Shown: piece after piece, positions 27,901 through 41,315 of the stretch
Numbering within the stretch: position 1 is the first letter of the stretch
Layout of the letters: each line of letters opens with the position of its first letter
Assembly: GCF_006345805.1 (NCBI RefSeq)
Contig: NC_043011.1
Coordinates: forward strand, 6,758,001-6,822,000
Direction: 5' to 3'
Length of the DNA stretch: 64,000 bases
From: Octopus sinensis
Taxonomy: Eukaryota
The notes under the pieces: model-generated
Seen by the model: the letters and a program-made list of their open reading frames with translations, nothing else
Told to the model about the DNA's origin: nothing
Databases searched by the model: none
Program-made: the position numbers and the translations under genes

Positions 27901-30900
27901 TTGGTGGCTGACAATATGGGTATCTTTGATCACGAGCAGACGTAGAGGGGGAGCATTATAGCCTTATGTTGAGAGGAATTCTTTGGGGTTTCAATAATTC
28001 ACCTCTGGAAACATGGGTATCTCATTCATCATCGTTAACCAAACCTTATTCAGGGTCCTTTTGAGTGGGATGGGCTACTCAACCAGAAGAAAGTTCTAAC
28101 TGGGCCCCACTTGCAAGGTCATGCGGTTTATCTTGATATGAGATCACCATGTCACGCACATATGGTTGTAATGCATGTACCTGGTGTACCCTTATCAGAC
28201 GGGTAGTCATGATGGGTATATTGGGCTTTGTATATTTGTACCCCAGTGTTTCTTTGATGGCATGCGCTGCCCTCTCACTCAATAATAATAATAATAATAA
28301 TAAATGCCATGATGCAGTACCAGGCAGTGGCTCTCACTGCTTCTGATCTTAATTGATTGGAAGTGTTATCATGTACATTGTTTTGTCTTGGTATAAAATA
28401 TTCTGCTCAATACCACAGATTTGCTAGTCAGTTGCTTGACCGTAACAAGTTAAGCATGTCCCTTGGTGGCTGACGATATGTACAAATCTGATCACGAGCA
28501 GAAGTAGTGGGGGAGCATCATAGACATGTGTTGAAAGGAATTCTTGGAGGTTTAGATAATTCACCTTTGGAAAGATGGGTGTTTCGTTCAACATCCTTAA
28601 ACAACCCTTATTCAGGGACCTTTTGAGCAGGATGAGCCACTCAGTCTCAAGACCGTTCTAATGGCGCCTTACCAGCAAGGTCATGTACTGTTTATCTTGA
28701 TATGAGATCACCATGTCATACACATATGGTAGTGATGCATGTGCTTAGTGTACCCTTATCAGACGGGTAGTCATGATGGGTATACTGGGCTTCGTATATT
28801 TGGACCCCAGTATCAATCACTTTGATGGTTTGTGTTGCTCTCTCACTCAATAATAACGGCAGAGCAGGCTCCAAAACAACTGCTCTATTGGGGACAGGTA
28901 GGATTTTGAGATTGGCGCTTGGGTGTTGAGTTTCCTCCACCATAAGTTAACATCCAAGTACCAAAGCTTATAATTTGCAGAATGAGACTGTGAGACCTCT
29001 CACAACAGGCCACTATCCACTCTCACAAAATTAATCAGAGCAAAGAAGACCGAGGACTCTGCAAAGTAAAGATAATTAATTCATCATCTTTAAGGGTGGG
29101 GCTCATTTCTTCCACAATGGGTGGCACAACTTTGGGACATGCAGACAGCACATCATCGTCCACCTGCAATGACCCGTTCTTCTTCTTTCTTTCTTTTCTT
29201 TTCATCCTGACTTCGGGAGAGTGGAGCTCTTCCGCTTTGTCCGGAGTCTCTCCTCCACCTCCCGAAGCCTTAGGGTCCTTCGGCGAGCAACCATTGTTGT
29301 CCGCCTTCTCAACCACATCCACCTCTCCCTTTGACCGGGTAGGGTTAGGGTTAGGGTAACAACAACAAGAACAACAGTTTTTGACTTAGGTACGTAGCCA
29401 GCAATTTTAAATGGGGAGGAGGGGGAAAAGTCAAGTACCCCTAGTACTTCACTGGTACTTAATTTTATTAAGCTTGAAAGGACGAAAGCAAAGTTGACAT
29501 TGGTGGGATTTGAACTTAGAATGTAATGGGCCGGAACAAATAATTCAAGTTATTTTTGAATTAATAATGATTAGAATCACCATCATCTTCATCATCATCG
29601 TTTAACGTCCGCTTTCCATGCTAGCATGGGTTGGACGATTTTGACTGAGGACTGGCAAACCAGATGGCTGCACCAGGCTCCTATCTTGATCTGGCAGAGT
29701 TTTTACAGCTGGACGCCCTTCCTAACGCCAACCACTCCGAGAGTGTAGTGGGTGCTTTTTACATGCCACCGGCACGGGGCCCAGTCAGGCAGTACTGGCA
29801 ACGACCTCGCTCGAATCTTTTTACACATGCCACCGGCACAGGTGCCAGTAAGGCGACGCTTTTAACGATCACGCTCGAATGGTGCCCTTTTATGTGCCAC
29901 CGGCATGGAAGAATTATGTTTCTACACACCCATATAGCTTGGATGGGGTAATGGCTTTCATCCATTGTTTTTAACCAATAATTCTGACTTTGGAACATGT
30001 TAATCTGATAAAGAAGACGACGATGATGTCTGGGGAGAAATGAAACGTCAATTTGGGCCGATGGATAAACGAGGGCAAATTAAGTGACGGGGGGGAGGGA
30101 AGAGTGATGTGAGGGAGTAGAAGGAAGAGTGTATGGGAGCAGTTTCACGCTGTTAAACCATTCAACTGCGAATATAAAAAAATAAGCATAAAGAGTTTTC
30201 ATTCTTTTTGTAATCGAACGAGAAGAAGCAGAGTTATGTACCCTGCCTAAGGGAGACAACTTTCGTAGAGTGGAAAGCTTCGAATAGATGATCACGTGGC
30301 GAGAAGTCGTCGTGTACCAATTTATCTTCATCTCCAATGTACCTGTCGGTGGTGATGGCCATGGGGGTAATAGTGACGATGACTATGATATTCTACCCGA
30401 GTCCCGTGTGAGAAGGCTTACGATCAATGGTATAGCCTGCCACACGGCGGCGAGCTGGCAGAAACGTTAGCATGCCGGGCGAAATGCGTAGCCGTATTTT
30501 GTCTGCCGTTACGTTCTGAGTTCAAATTCCGCCGAGGTCGACTTTGCCTTTCATCCTTTCGGGGTCGATTAAATAAGTACCAGTTACGCACTGGGCTCGA
30601 TGTAATCGACTTAATCCGTTTGTCTGTCCTTGTTTGTCCTCTCTGTGTTTAGCCCCTTGTGGGTAGTAAAAGAAATAGGTATATCTTGCCACAAACTTAT
30701 TTTTATGGTTGTAGGATGTGGTCTGACAGATTCAGCTGCTATTTCTAACATGTCGAACACTCTTGGAGAGGCTTCCCTTATTGGTTTCCGGTGAACACAA
30801 TAAAAGTGGCGACAATGATAGTGATGGTGATAAGATGAGGGTCATAACGATGCTAATGATGGTGGTGGTGATGAGAGTGATGATGATGATGCTAGAGAAG

Positions 30901-31508
30901 GTGGCGTTAGTCACATTACGAAAGAGATAGAGAGAAGTGAAACGAAGAAGGTCAGGCCCAAGGGTTGGAACTTACCCATTCCATCTTCTGTTAAATCTAC
31001 TGCAAGAGTGAAGAACATAAAGCCGTGGACCCTTGATTTGATGTAGACATAAAGGGTGTTCACCCAACCTGGAAAAGGAACAACAACAAAGAAACAATAA
31101 ATACAAAAACAACTTTAAAACTCCCCCAAAATACTTGATACACGGGAATGGGTGCCTGGTTAAGAAGCTCACTTTCCAACCATGCATGGCGCTTTGGGCA
31201 AATATCTTCTACTATGGCCCTGGGGCAACCAATGCCTTGGGAGAGGATTTGACAGAAAAAATTGTGTAGAAGGCCTACTGAGCGTGTGTGTATATATCCC
31301 TCTCTCTCTTTCGGAGACGCACTGAGCAGCTATACGCACACATACACACACGGCAGTAACTCCTGCCTACCGAATTCAATCACAAGGCTTCGGTTGGCTT
31401 GGGGCTATAAGTGGAAGACACCTACCCAAAGTGCCACGCAGTGGGACTGAACCCGAAACCATGTAGCTAGGAAGCAAGCTCCCTAACCACACAGCCATGC
31501 CCGTGCCT

Positions 31509-31559
<51 letters not shown>

Positions 31560-34500
31560 TAAACAGTAAAAATAATTACAGACATGGACAAGAACATGAA
31601 ACACCAAAGAGACGACACAAGAACCACAGGACGGGACATTCGAAGCCCTCAGTCATCAGTCAAGAACCAGATCATCTTAGCATTTCGGCTGATTAATCTT
31701 GAGATTGCTCCGATTTGGCAGCCCGCCAAGGGAAATCTAAGCCAAGCGCATTAGATCCCCTGGAAGAAAGCTTCGAATGTATACAACACGAGGACGGAAA
31801 ACGAACGAAGTACACGAACAAAAATACAGAATACGTGACACCAATAAGAATACAAAAACGTAAAAACAATAACGGTAAAAATAAAAAACAAGTGTGTGTG
31901 CAGGTGCATGTGTGTGCCTTTGCCCTCATTGCCACTTGACGATGGTGTTGGTTTGTTTACATCTCCATAACTTAAGGGTTCGGCAAAAAAGAATGGTAGA
32001 ATAAGTACCAGACTAAAACTCAAAGCGTTCTGGGTTTGGTTTCTTTGGACTAAGACTCTGCATGTCGGTTCTTGTCAAACCATCCAACCCATGCCAGCAT
32101 GGAAAAAGAGACGTTAAATGATGAGGGTGAGGAGGGTGCAAAGTTACCTTTAGCTTTCAGTTCAGCGTGGAGACTGTTGCGTCCTTCATGTCCAAGTAAA
32201 TGTGCCAAATAAAATCCCGGCTGAAAAATCAAAGATTCTCCGTTAGTTTTCCTGGAGTCACAAGTTAAAGTCAGTTAAGAGACAACAAAAAAAACTGACT
32301 CAAAATAAAATTCTAGGAAAAAAAGGTAAGGATTAAAACGAAGGAATATTCCAAACTCGCAAAATAATTCTTAGAGTTCGGAATATTTAAAATTCTTCAA
32401 ATATCGGATATAATCAATAGAAATGAAGAAATGGAATCCTCAGTTGGTGTTTTTATGAAATCATCATCATCATCGTTTAGCGTCCGCTTTCCATGCTAGC
32501 ATGGGTTGGACGGTTTAACTGGGGTCTGGGAAGCCAGAAGGCTGCACCAGGCCCAGTCTGATCTGGCAATGTTTCTACGGCTGGATGCCCTTCCTAACGC
32601 CAACCACTCCGTGAGTGTAGTGGGTGGTTTTTACGTGCCACCGGCACAGGTGCCAGACAAGGCTGGCAAACGGCCACGATCGGATGGTGCTTTTTAGGTG
32701 CCACCGGCACGGGGCCAGGCAAGGCTGGCAACGGCCACGAACGGATGGTGCTTTTTATGTGCCACCAGCACGAGGCAAGTCGGGTCGGCACTGGCAACGG
32801 CCACGTTCGGATGGTTCTCTTACGTGCCACCGGCACTGGTATCACAACTGCAATTTCCATTGATGTTGATCGATTTCGATTCCAATTCTCACTTGCCTCA
32901 ACAGGTCTTCACAAGTAGAGTTTTGTGTCCCAAGAAGGAAAGGTATGCATAAGTGGACTGGCTACGTCCCAGGTAGAGGCCACGGGTTATGGTCTCACTT
33001 GTCCTGCAGGGTCTTCATAATCTTCATAATCTGCCTGTTTTCATAATCCGTTTGTCTGTCCTTGTTTGTCCAGTCTGTGTGTAGCCCCTTATAGGCAGTA
33101 AAGAAATAAGAAGGTACCCAGTGCATTAGGAAGGGCATCCAGCTGTAGAAAACGTCTAGACAAACTTATACTTCACTTTTTACTTGTTTCAGTCATTTGA
33201 CAGCGGCCATGCTGGAGCACCGCCTTTAATCGAGCAACTCAACCCCGGGACTTATTCTTTTGTAAGCCCAGTACTTATTCTATCGGTCTCTTTTGCCGAA
33301 CCGCTAAGTAACAGGGACATAAACACACCAGCATCGGTTGTCAAGCAATGCTAGGGAGACAAACACACACACGCATATATATACAAATATACGACAGGCT
33401 TCTTTCAGTTTCCGTCTACCAAATCCACTCACAAGGCTTTGGTTGGCCCGGGGCTAGAGCAGAAAACACTTGCCCAAGATGCCACGCAGTGGGACTGAAC
33501 CCGGAACCATGTGGTTGGTTAGCAAGCTACTTACCACACAGCCACTCCTGCGCCTATAAGGGAGTAAAATATAAGATGCTGTTTAAGTTTTGGTTTTTCA
33601 TATATGGATTAGTGAAAAGAGGGAGCTGCATACATGGCCCATTTTAGGGATCACCAAGACTGGTAGCAGGAAGTGATCCTTGGACTAGAGAGCTACCCTG
33701 AATACTACCACCAAAGTAGATTCTGCTAATGGGGCCAAGGACCAGGAGGTGGTGCTAATCCTTCCATCACCATATTTCAGTAGAAACATGCTGTCTTCGT
33801 TTCAATTATTAAACTGATGTTTGGAACATAAATTGGTAGAAAAGTTTTAATTCCAGTCACTTTAAGCAGGAAGTTGGTATCACAGAACCAGCAGTGGTCA
33901 TAGATGGATTAGCAGCAAAAGGGTTAAACCAGAAAAGAGGTTTAGCTTAACCCTTTCGTTACCAAACTGCCCAAAGCCACCCGAAAAAAATTTTGGTTAA
34001 TGTGACCAAACCGCCCAAAGCCGCCCGTATTTACCTATTCATATTTAAATGAGAATATCAGAGCAAATCTCTTTAGTACATTTGTGAAAACACGTGATTA
34101 TACTTCGTAAACAGTTCATCTACAGTTTTGTACAACGATCGACGTGTAATTTTAATTCCTGAATTTTGGGAGATTTTTTCTACGTTTTTTTGGGCATCAA
34201 TTTTCTTCAACTTTGAAAATAGAAAGGAGTTTCATGTTATCAAGCATTGATTCCGAATTGGAAAATTTGTGAAGCAAATACTGGGTACTGTTGTGGATTT
34301 AGTTTTTATACAGGGAAACTAATGTTAGTCAGCATGGCTTAGGGTATGATGTGGTCTGGAAGTTATCACTTCCAAACCATAACCAGGGCCGTATATTATT
34401 TTTTGACCGATTTCTTTAGTTCGGTCAAACTTGCGGTGGATTCCAGTATTTCACTTTATTCCACCTTTATGGTACACCTGTTGTGCATTAAATCCATGAT

Positions 34501-35288
34501 TTTCCCAAGACTATTTTAGGAAACGGAATTGAGAATCAAAAGCAAGTTGTAGAACATGATTGGAAACCAAACTAAATTTCTGAAGAAATGGTGTTTTACT
34601 TACATTGGATTTATAGTAAGCTTGGATATCAGGAATTGGCCAAACAATGGCTAAATTTCTGAGGTCTTTTACAGGCACGGTAATAACTCTGGTCTGAAAG
34701 ACAAAAAAGGAAAATGAAGGAGATGAAGATCAAGATTAGACTTGAAATTAACAAATACTTAATTACCATTTTGGTATTATTATTTCATTTAAACAATGTC
34801 AGAACTAAGATATTTTATTTATCATCTCATAACAGACAGAACACTACAAACCCATCATGACGCTTAATTCTATGTGCGTGCGTGTATACATACAAACATA
34901 TATATACAGGTTTGGTAATACAACAGGAAAAATAGAATTCAAAACAGCTGCAAAGATGTAAACTTTATTCACTCTTTCTCTGCCCACCCCTGATGAAGGA
35001 TTGAATCCAAAATGTTGGATATTCCACTCCTCACAGCAAGTTGACTGTACCCCTTTCACTTATATCATCATCATCATTTAACGTCCGTTTTCCATACTAG
35101 CATGGGTTGGACGGTTTGACCGGGGTCTGGGAAGCCAGGAGGCTGCACCAGGCTCCAGTCTGATCTGGCAGTGTTTCTAAAGCTGGATGCCCTTCCTAAT
35201 GCCAACCACTCCGTGAGTGTAGTGGGTGCTTTTTATGTGCCAGGGGAGGCTGGCAACTGCCACAATCGGTTGGTATATATATATGTTA

Positions 35289-35331
<43 letters not shown>

Positions 35332-38316
35332 TATATATTCTCTTTTACTTGTTTTAGTCATTTGACTGCGGCCATGCTGGAGCACCGCCTTTAATCGAGC
35401 AAACTCGACCCCGGGACTTATTCTTTTGTAAGTCCAGTACTTATTCTATCAGTCTCTTTTGCCAAACCGCTAAGTAACGGGGACATAAACACACCAGCAT
35501 CGGTTGTCAAGCAATGCTAGGGGGACAAACACAGACACACAATCACACACACACACACACATATATACGACAGGCTTCTTTCAGTTTCCGTCTACCAAAT
35601 CTACTCACAAGGCTTTTGTTGGCCCGAGGCTATAGTAGAAGACACTTGCCCAATGTGCCACGCAGTGGGACTGAACCCGGAACCTTTAAATTGGCAGCAG
35701 TTCGAAATTGATGCAAGAGCCAAGAGTTTTGAGCATTGCCCAAACTTCTGCTGATTATATCACACACACAACATAAAGGAATAGGGATTTAGAATGCAGG
35801 CAGGTGGTATCTTGCACATGAACGCAACATCAAAGGCCATTCGGACACTCACTCAGCAGAAACATGTGTTGGATTGGCATCTAATAGGAACAGAACAAGA
35901 CAAATACTCTTCCTATGTAATTCACCATTCCTGTTTAGGATATTGTTTTTTTTTTTTCATGCTCACCTGTCCCCAAATGCAATATTTCACCTACCTTCAC
36001 TTGTTCACAGCCACATGGGTGCTCATTCCAAACAGGAATCTCGACATTTTTATTGACAACTTTATCAAACAATGGCAGAACCATTGCAGTCAGTTCATCA
36101 AGAGATTCTGAAAGCAACCAAAGAAAAAAAAATCATTCAATAAAGAATGGTCTGAGAAAAACAACAGCACTGACAGAATTTAACCCTTTAGTGTTCGCAT
36201 TATTCTGCCAAAATTAATCCATTTTTATCCACATTGTTTTGAACTAATCATGCATTATCTTGTAGCTATGAGATTTTGACGAAGTAGCTGTTAATTTTTA
36301 AAACGATATTGTAGGGCTGGTGTGAGAGACCAGATCTGGCCAGTTTGAACATAAAACAGGCAGAATACATCTGGCCGGATATGGCTGGTTTAAATACTAA
36401 AGGGTTAAAGTCGTTGTGAATCTTTTAATATTTCTGTTTGTTTTTTGGTTTTTTTTAGGGTATGACCCTTCTTTGAATTTCAAGCCCTCGAACCAAAGAA
36501 CTGGCTGAACTACTTGCCACTAATATAGATTCCACACTGGAGTAAGTTTATTGAAATTTGGTAAATGGTCTCTTTTTTTATATTGGAATCAATGTTGGCA
36601 CTTTGTGAAAACCTTATCAATGATGGGACTCAGGCAAAGTGAAGAATTTGAATACAAAAAGCAAAGGGCTGAAACAAATATTGCGAAGTATCTCATCTGG
36701 CTCTCTAACAATCCCATCAAGCCACTGCTCTTCGACTGGTACCCTGATGTTTACTAACCATTTAAAGGAACAAGAGCAAAGCTGACCTCAGCAGAGTATG
36801 AACGCAGAACTTCTAATCACAAACTACAAACCATTCTCTCTGGTGCTTTATCGATTCTGCTAATTCATTGTTAGTTAGTTAGTTAGTTAATTTTTGGCTC
36901 AAAAAGCAAAAAGCAAGGCCATGTAGGGGGACATGGAGTTATGTACAGGGTGGTATTCATGTAAAGAGTTCAGGCCACTTGTGGTCAAGGGAGACTTTGA
37001 ACCGAGCAGTCGTCGGCATCTTCACCATCTCGTCCGGCAGCTTATTCCACAGATCCGCAACCCGGACAGAGAAAGCCCCTCTCCTTCAATTGAGATGAAA
37101 TCGTCACAGATAGAGCTTTTCGGACTGACCCCGCAGCCGACACTCTGGAGCAGGAGTTTGGCTGAAGAAATAGCAGAATCTACACTTACCTTTACCCAAC
37201 ACAGCCAAGGTCATAATATTACTGGAATAATATTTCTCATGGAAACGTAAAAGTTCGTCTCGGGTATCGACACCTCTGTCTTTGGGTTTTGTCTCCAATG
37301 TATCTTTGTTGCCTGAAATGAAAATAGTTTCTTTTATCAAATTTCAACATTCAATCATTCTTCAAGTTTTTTACTGGTTTCTGTAGATCGAATCAACACC
37401 AGAAGTTATTTCAATCTGGAGAAAATATATTATCGACCAAACAAGACAAAAGGAGAAAGTAACAGGAGCTAAGGGGAGACAATTCAGGTGGATCAATATA
37501 CAATGTGGGTGTTGTTGTTCTCTTTCGTAACCAACCCGGCTGAAACCGGTTCTGGCTCTGTAGTACAAGTGTCTTGTTTTCATAAGTTTTGAATTAAAAT
37601 CTTCCACCAAACCTTAGTCACAATTTATGTTCCTAACATTAGCTTAATGATAACTAAGTTATTTTACTAAATTCTTTGTTAAATTTAAAATAATTGAAAG
37701 AAACACAGAGCATCTCAAAATAAATACAGTAACGAAAGGGTTAACCCCAGGATAGCTATGACTGAGCAAAGAGCCTCCAACCTTGACCATTTTTGCTTCC
37801 AGACCGTGTATTTAGGCCTGCATTATCCAATATATTCTACAGAATGTGTTTTGAGAAGGATTTGGTTGCTCTTTCATGTAAACCATGCCAAACCAAACAT
37901 TCCATATCAACATATTTTAGTCCTAAATATTTATTTTAATATTTATATTTATTTATTTATTATTTTTTTTTTATATAACTATCAAAAAGGTATTAAAAAG
38001 TTTAATATAATATAATAAGTGGTTTTACTTATTATATTATATTAAACGTTTTAATACCTTTTTGATAGTTATATAAAAAAAATAATAAATAAATATAAAT
38101 TAAAAAATTAAAAGTTTAAAAATTTATAAATCTAAAATTTAAAAAATATCAAAAAATATAAAAATTTATAAATATAAAATATAAATTAAAAATTTTAAAT
38201 TTAAATAACTTAATTTTAAATTTTTTATATATTTTGTATATTATATTAATTATATTTATTTTTATGTTTTTCACTGCTTGATTTGCCTAACAGTGGTTTT
38301 ATCTGTAATTTATTTA

Positions 38317-38354
<38 letters not shown>

Positions 38355-38791
38355 TGAGATAGGGGTTGTAAAAACAACCCTCCATGGGATAGGGTATATA
38401 TGTAGACTGATTTTATTACATAATCTCCGAAGAGGCCTTATGATATTTTTGTAAATGTCTCATTTATATCTATATATTGACCAACCATAAAGGGCTAATA
38501 TTGGTAAAATGAGACATACCTATCTACATGGCCGAAACAGCTGTAAGATGTAATCTATACTTATATTTATATTTACTTATATTTATATTCTCTTTTATAT
38601 ATATTCTACTTATTATACAAAATTACTCTTTTATGTACACTTTTTTATGTACATTCCTTTATGTACACTGTTTTGTTCTGCTTTTATATTTAACCCTACA
38701 GTCTCTTATGTAGTGGTTTAATAAAGTATGTGATTGAGTATTATCTGGTAATTGATATTTGATTTAGATGTATTTCTCCATTTTCTTATCT

Positions 38792-38829
<38 letters not shown>

Positions 38830-39058
38830 CCTGGAAACAGCTGTAAGATCTTCTCTTTATAAATGTTCTGCAAACTATTCACTGTCTTGGATTTATAATC
38901 TCATTCTGTTCATTTTTATACATATGCATGCTAATACACAACCCACGTTGGACTCTTCATTCATATCATTATTGAACCTGGAGCTTAAATGTAGTCTGTC
39001 CATAGCACTTAGCATTACTTGACACCTTTGGGGTTTCTTCACACCAATACCTCTCATA

Positions 39059-39097
<39 letters not shown>

Positions 39098-39367
39098 TGT
39101 TATCGCCATATTAATATGGCATTCTTATAGATATAAGAATAATCGCTGCCGCTGGTCAGCTCCATGAGGCCACCGCCATCAAGATAGCTATTCATACACG
39201 ATCTGTATCCATTATAACCTTCGAACAAGGGAGGTCAGCTGCTTCACACTGCCAGTCCGACAGCTACAGACGCGTTTTGGGGTATTGCCCCTTGTCAATG
39301 TAGCGCAGTCAGACCCACAGGTGTCGCCACTGACGTCTGTTCAACTTAGTAATTTTAATATTTCTAT

Positions 39368-39409
<42 letters not shown>

Positions 39410-41274
39410 CGGGAAGCTTTATGAAAATAAACAAAAGATGAAGGCAGTGGAATACAAACAAACAATTGTATTAGTATGGCGCTCAGGAATATAAATAAAA
39501 CAAGTCTTTTACGTTTCGAGCCTACGCTCTTCAACAGAAAGATACACAGAAAAGAAACACAGAAAGAAGGAGAGAAAAAAAATGCGTGCAGAGGCTAGCG
39601 AATCAACATGGCGATCTGATTTCGGCCAGAAGTCAAAGATCAAACGTGAGATGCAAGAGCGAAATTAGGGGAGATAATAGGGTTAAGTGACCTCGCCCCA
39701 ACATAAGAGTGTGTGTGTGTATGAGAGTATTAGTGCGTATGAGGTCTGGACGTGTGTATGTATATATGATGTGATGTGTAAAGTCGTATGGTGTAGTGTA
39801 GAGAGAGGAGATGAGGGGAGAGGGGAAGAGGGGGGTAAGGGGGAGAGAGGGAGAGATAAGGGGGAGATGAGATGAGGGGTGAGGGTGAGGGGGGGAAGGA
39901 AGGAGAGAAGAGGAGAGGAGAGAAGGGGGAGAAGGAAGGAGAGGAGAAGAGGAGGGGAGAGGAGGAGGGAGGATAGAAGGAGAGGGGGAGAGAGAGAGAG
40001 AAGGGGAGTGAGGGAGCAGAGAGAAAGTGGGAAGGGGAAGAGGGAAAAGGGAAGAGGAGTAGGGGTGAAAGGATGAAGGACTGAAGAGAAGTAGGGGTCG
40101 GGGTGGAGGTTAGATGAGGAGGGGGGAGAGGGGGGTTAGATGAAGAGGGGGGGGGAGAGTTGAGACCAAATGGCGTAAAAGAGCGACGAGAGAAGATTAA
40201 TTCCTGTTCACGGCGCAAATGGGAATCCGGATGGCCTCTGTGCAAGGACAAACCGAACACAGACAGGTGTTGCAAGGAGTGACTGGTGGAGCGGAAATGG
40301 CGTGAGACCGGTGTGTCGTTGGCAAGGCGGATGTCACGGAGGTTTTCCGCGAACTGGTCAGCCAAGCGGCGTCCCGTTTGTCCGATGTACAGGGAATGGT
40401 AGAGAGAGCAAGAGACGCAATAGATAATATTGCTGGAGATGCAGGTGAAGGAGTTGATGATGCGATAGGGTCGATGATGGGTGCCAGTGAGGAGGGTGGT
40501 GTTGGAGAGGTAAGGGCAAGTGCGGCAACGTGGGCGGGAGCAGGGGAACGAGCCAGGTTGGGAGGTAGGGTCAGGGAAGGAGTTATGGACCAAAAGGTCT
40601 CGTAGGTTATGGGCTCGTTTGAAAGAGGGGAGGGGTCGGTTAGGGAAGAGGTGTGAAGTGGACGGGTCGGACTGGAGATACCAGAAAGCTCGAAGAATGG
40701 TGCGTTGGAGAGGTAGGGTCGTGAGGGGAAAAGGGAGGCGGGAGACTACAGGGTGGGTTCGGGGAGAGAGAGCAGATGCACGGTCTACGGAACGTGCTCT
40801 GGCAAGGGCGGTGTGGATAGAGGTGAGGGGGGTATCCACGTAGGATGAAGTGGTGAGCCATACGTTGAGACTGAGTCTCAAAGTCATGGTCGTCACTACA
40901 GAGCCTACGTAGACAAGGAATTGGGAAATAGGGGATGGAAAGCTTGGTGTGTTCTGGGTGGGAGGAAGAGAAGTTTAGGTATGAGTGTGAGTCTGTGTGT
41001 TTGTAGTGAATGGAGGTGGTAAGAGTGGAGTGTGCGAATGCTAACCGAAATGTCAGGAAAGAGACAAGGTGTTGGAGATAGTGGAAGTGAATGGAGGGCT
41101 GGATGGAAAGATTGGACCGAAAGAGAGGAAGGAATCTAGATGTTCACGGGAGAGTGAGGTGGCACCGATAATGTCGTCAATGTAACGACCGTATAGTTCA
41201 GGAGTGGGGACCAGTGAAATTAGAGAATATTTGGGCCTCAACATAGCCAACGAACAGGTTCGCATAGTTGGGGC

Positions 41275-41315
<41 letters not shown>

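Noticed and set aside
30004-30055. CTGATAA...GAAACGTC hammerhead-like boxes
   Set aside because: Stem II and stem I do not pair.
39730-40140. Pro/Ser/Leu-rich tail of the 388-aa ORF
   Set aside because: Read-through into the pyrimidine-rich 3' UTR after the GIY-YIG GLN motif; not real protein.
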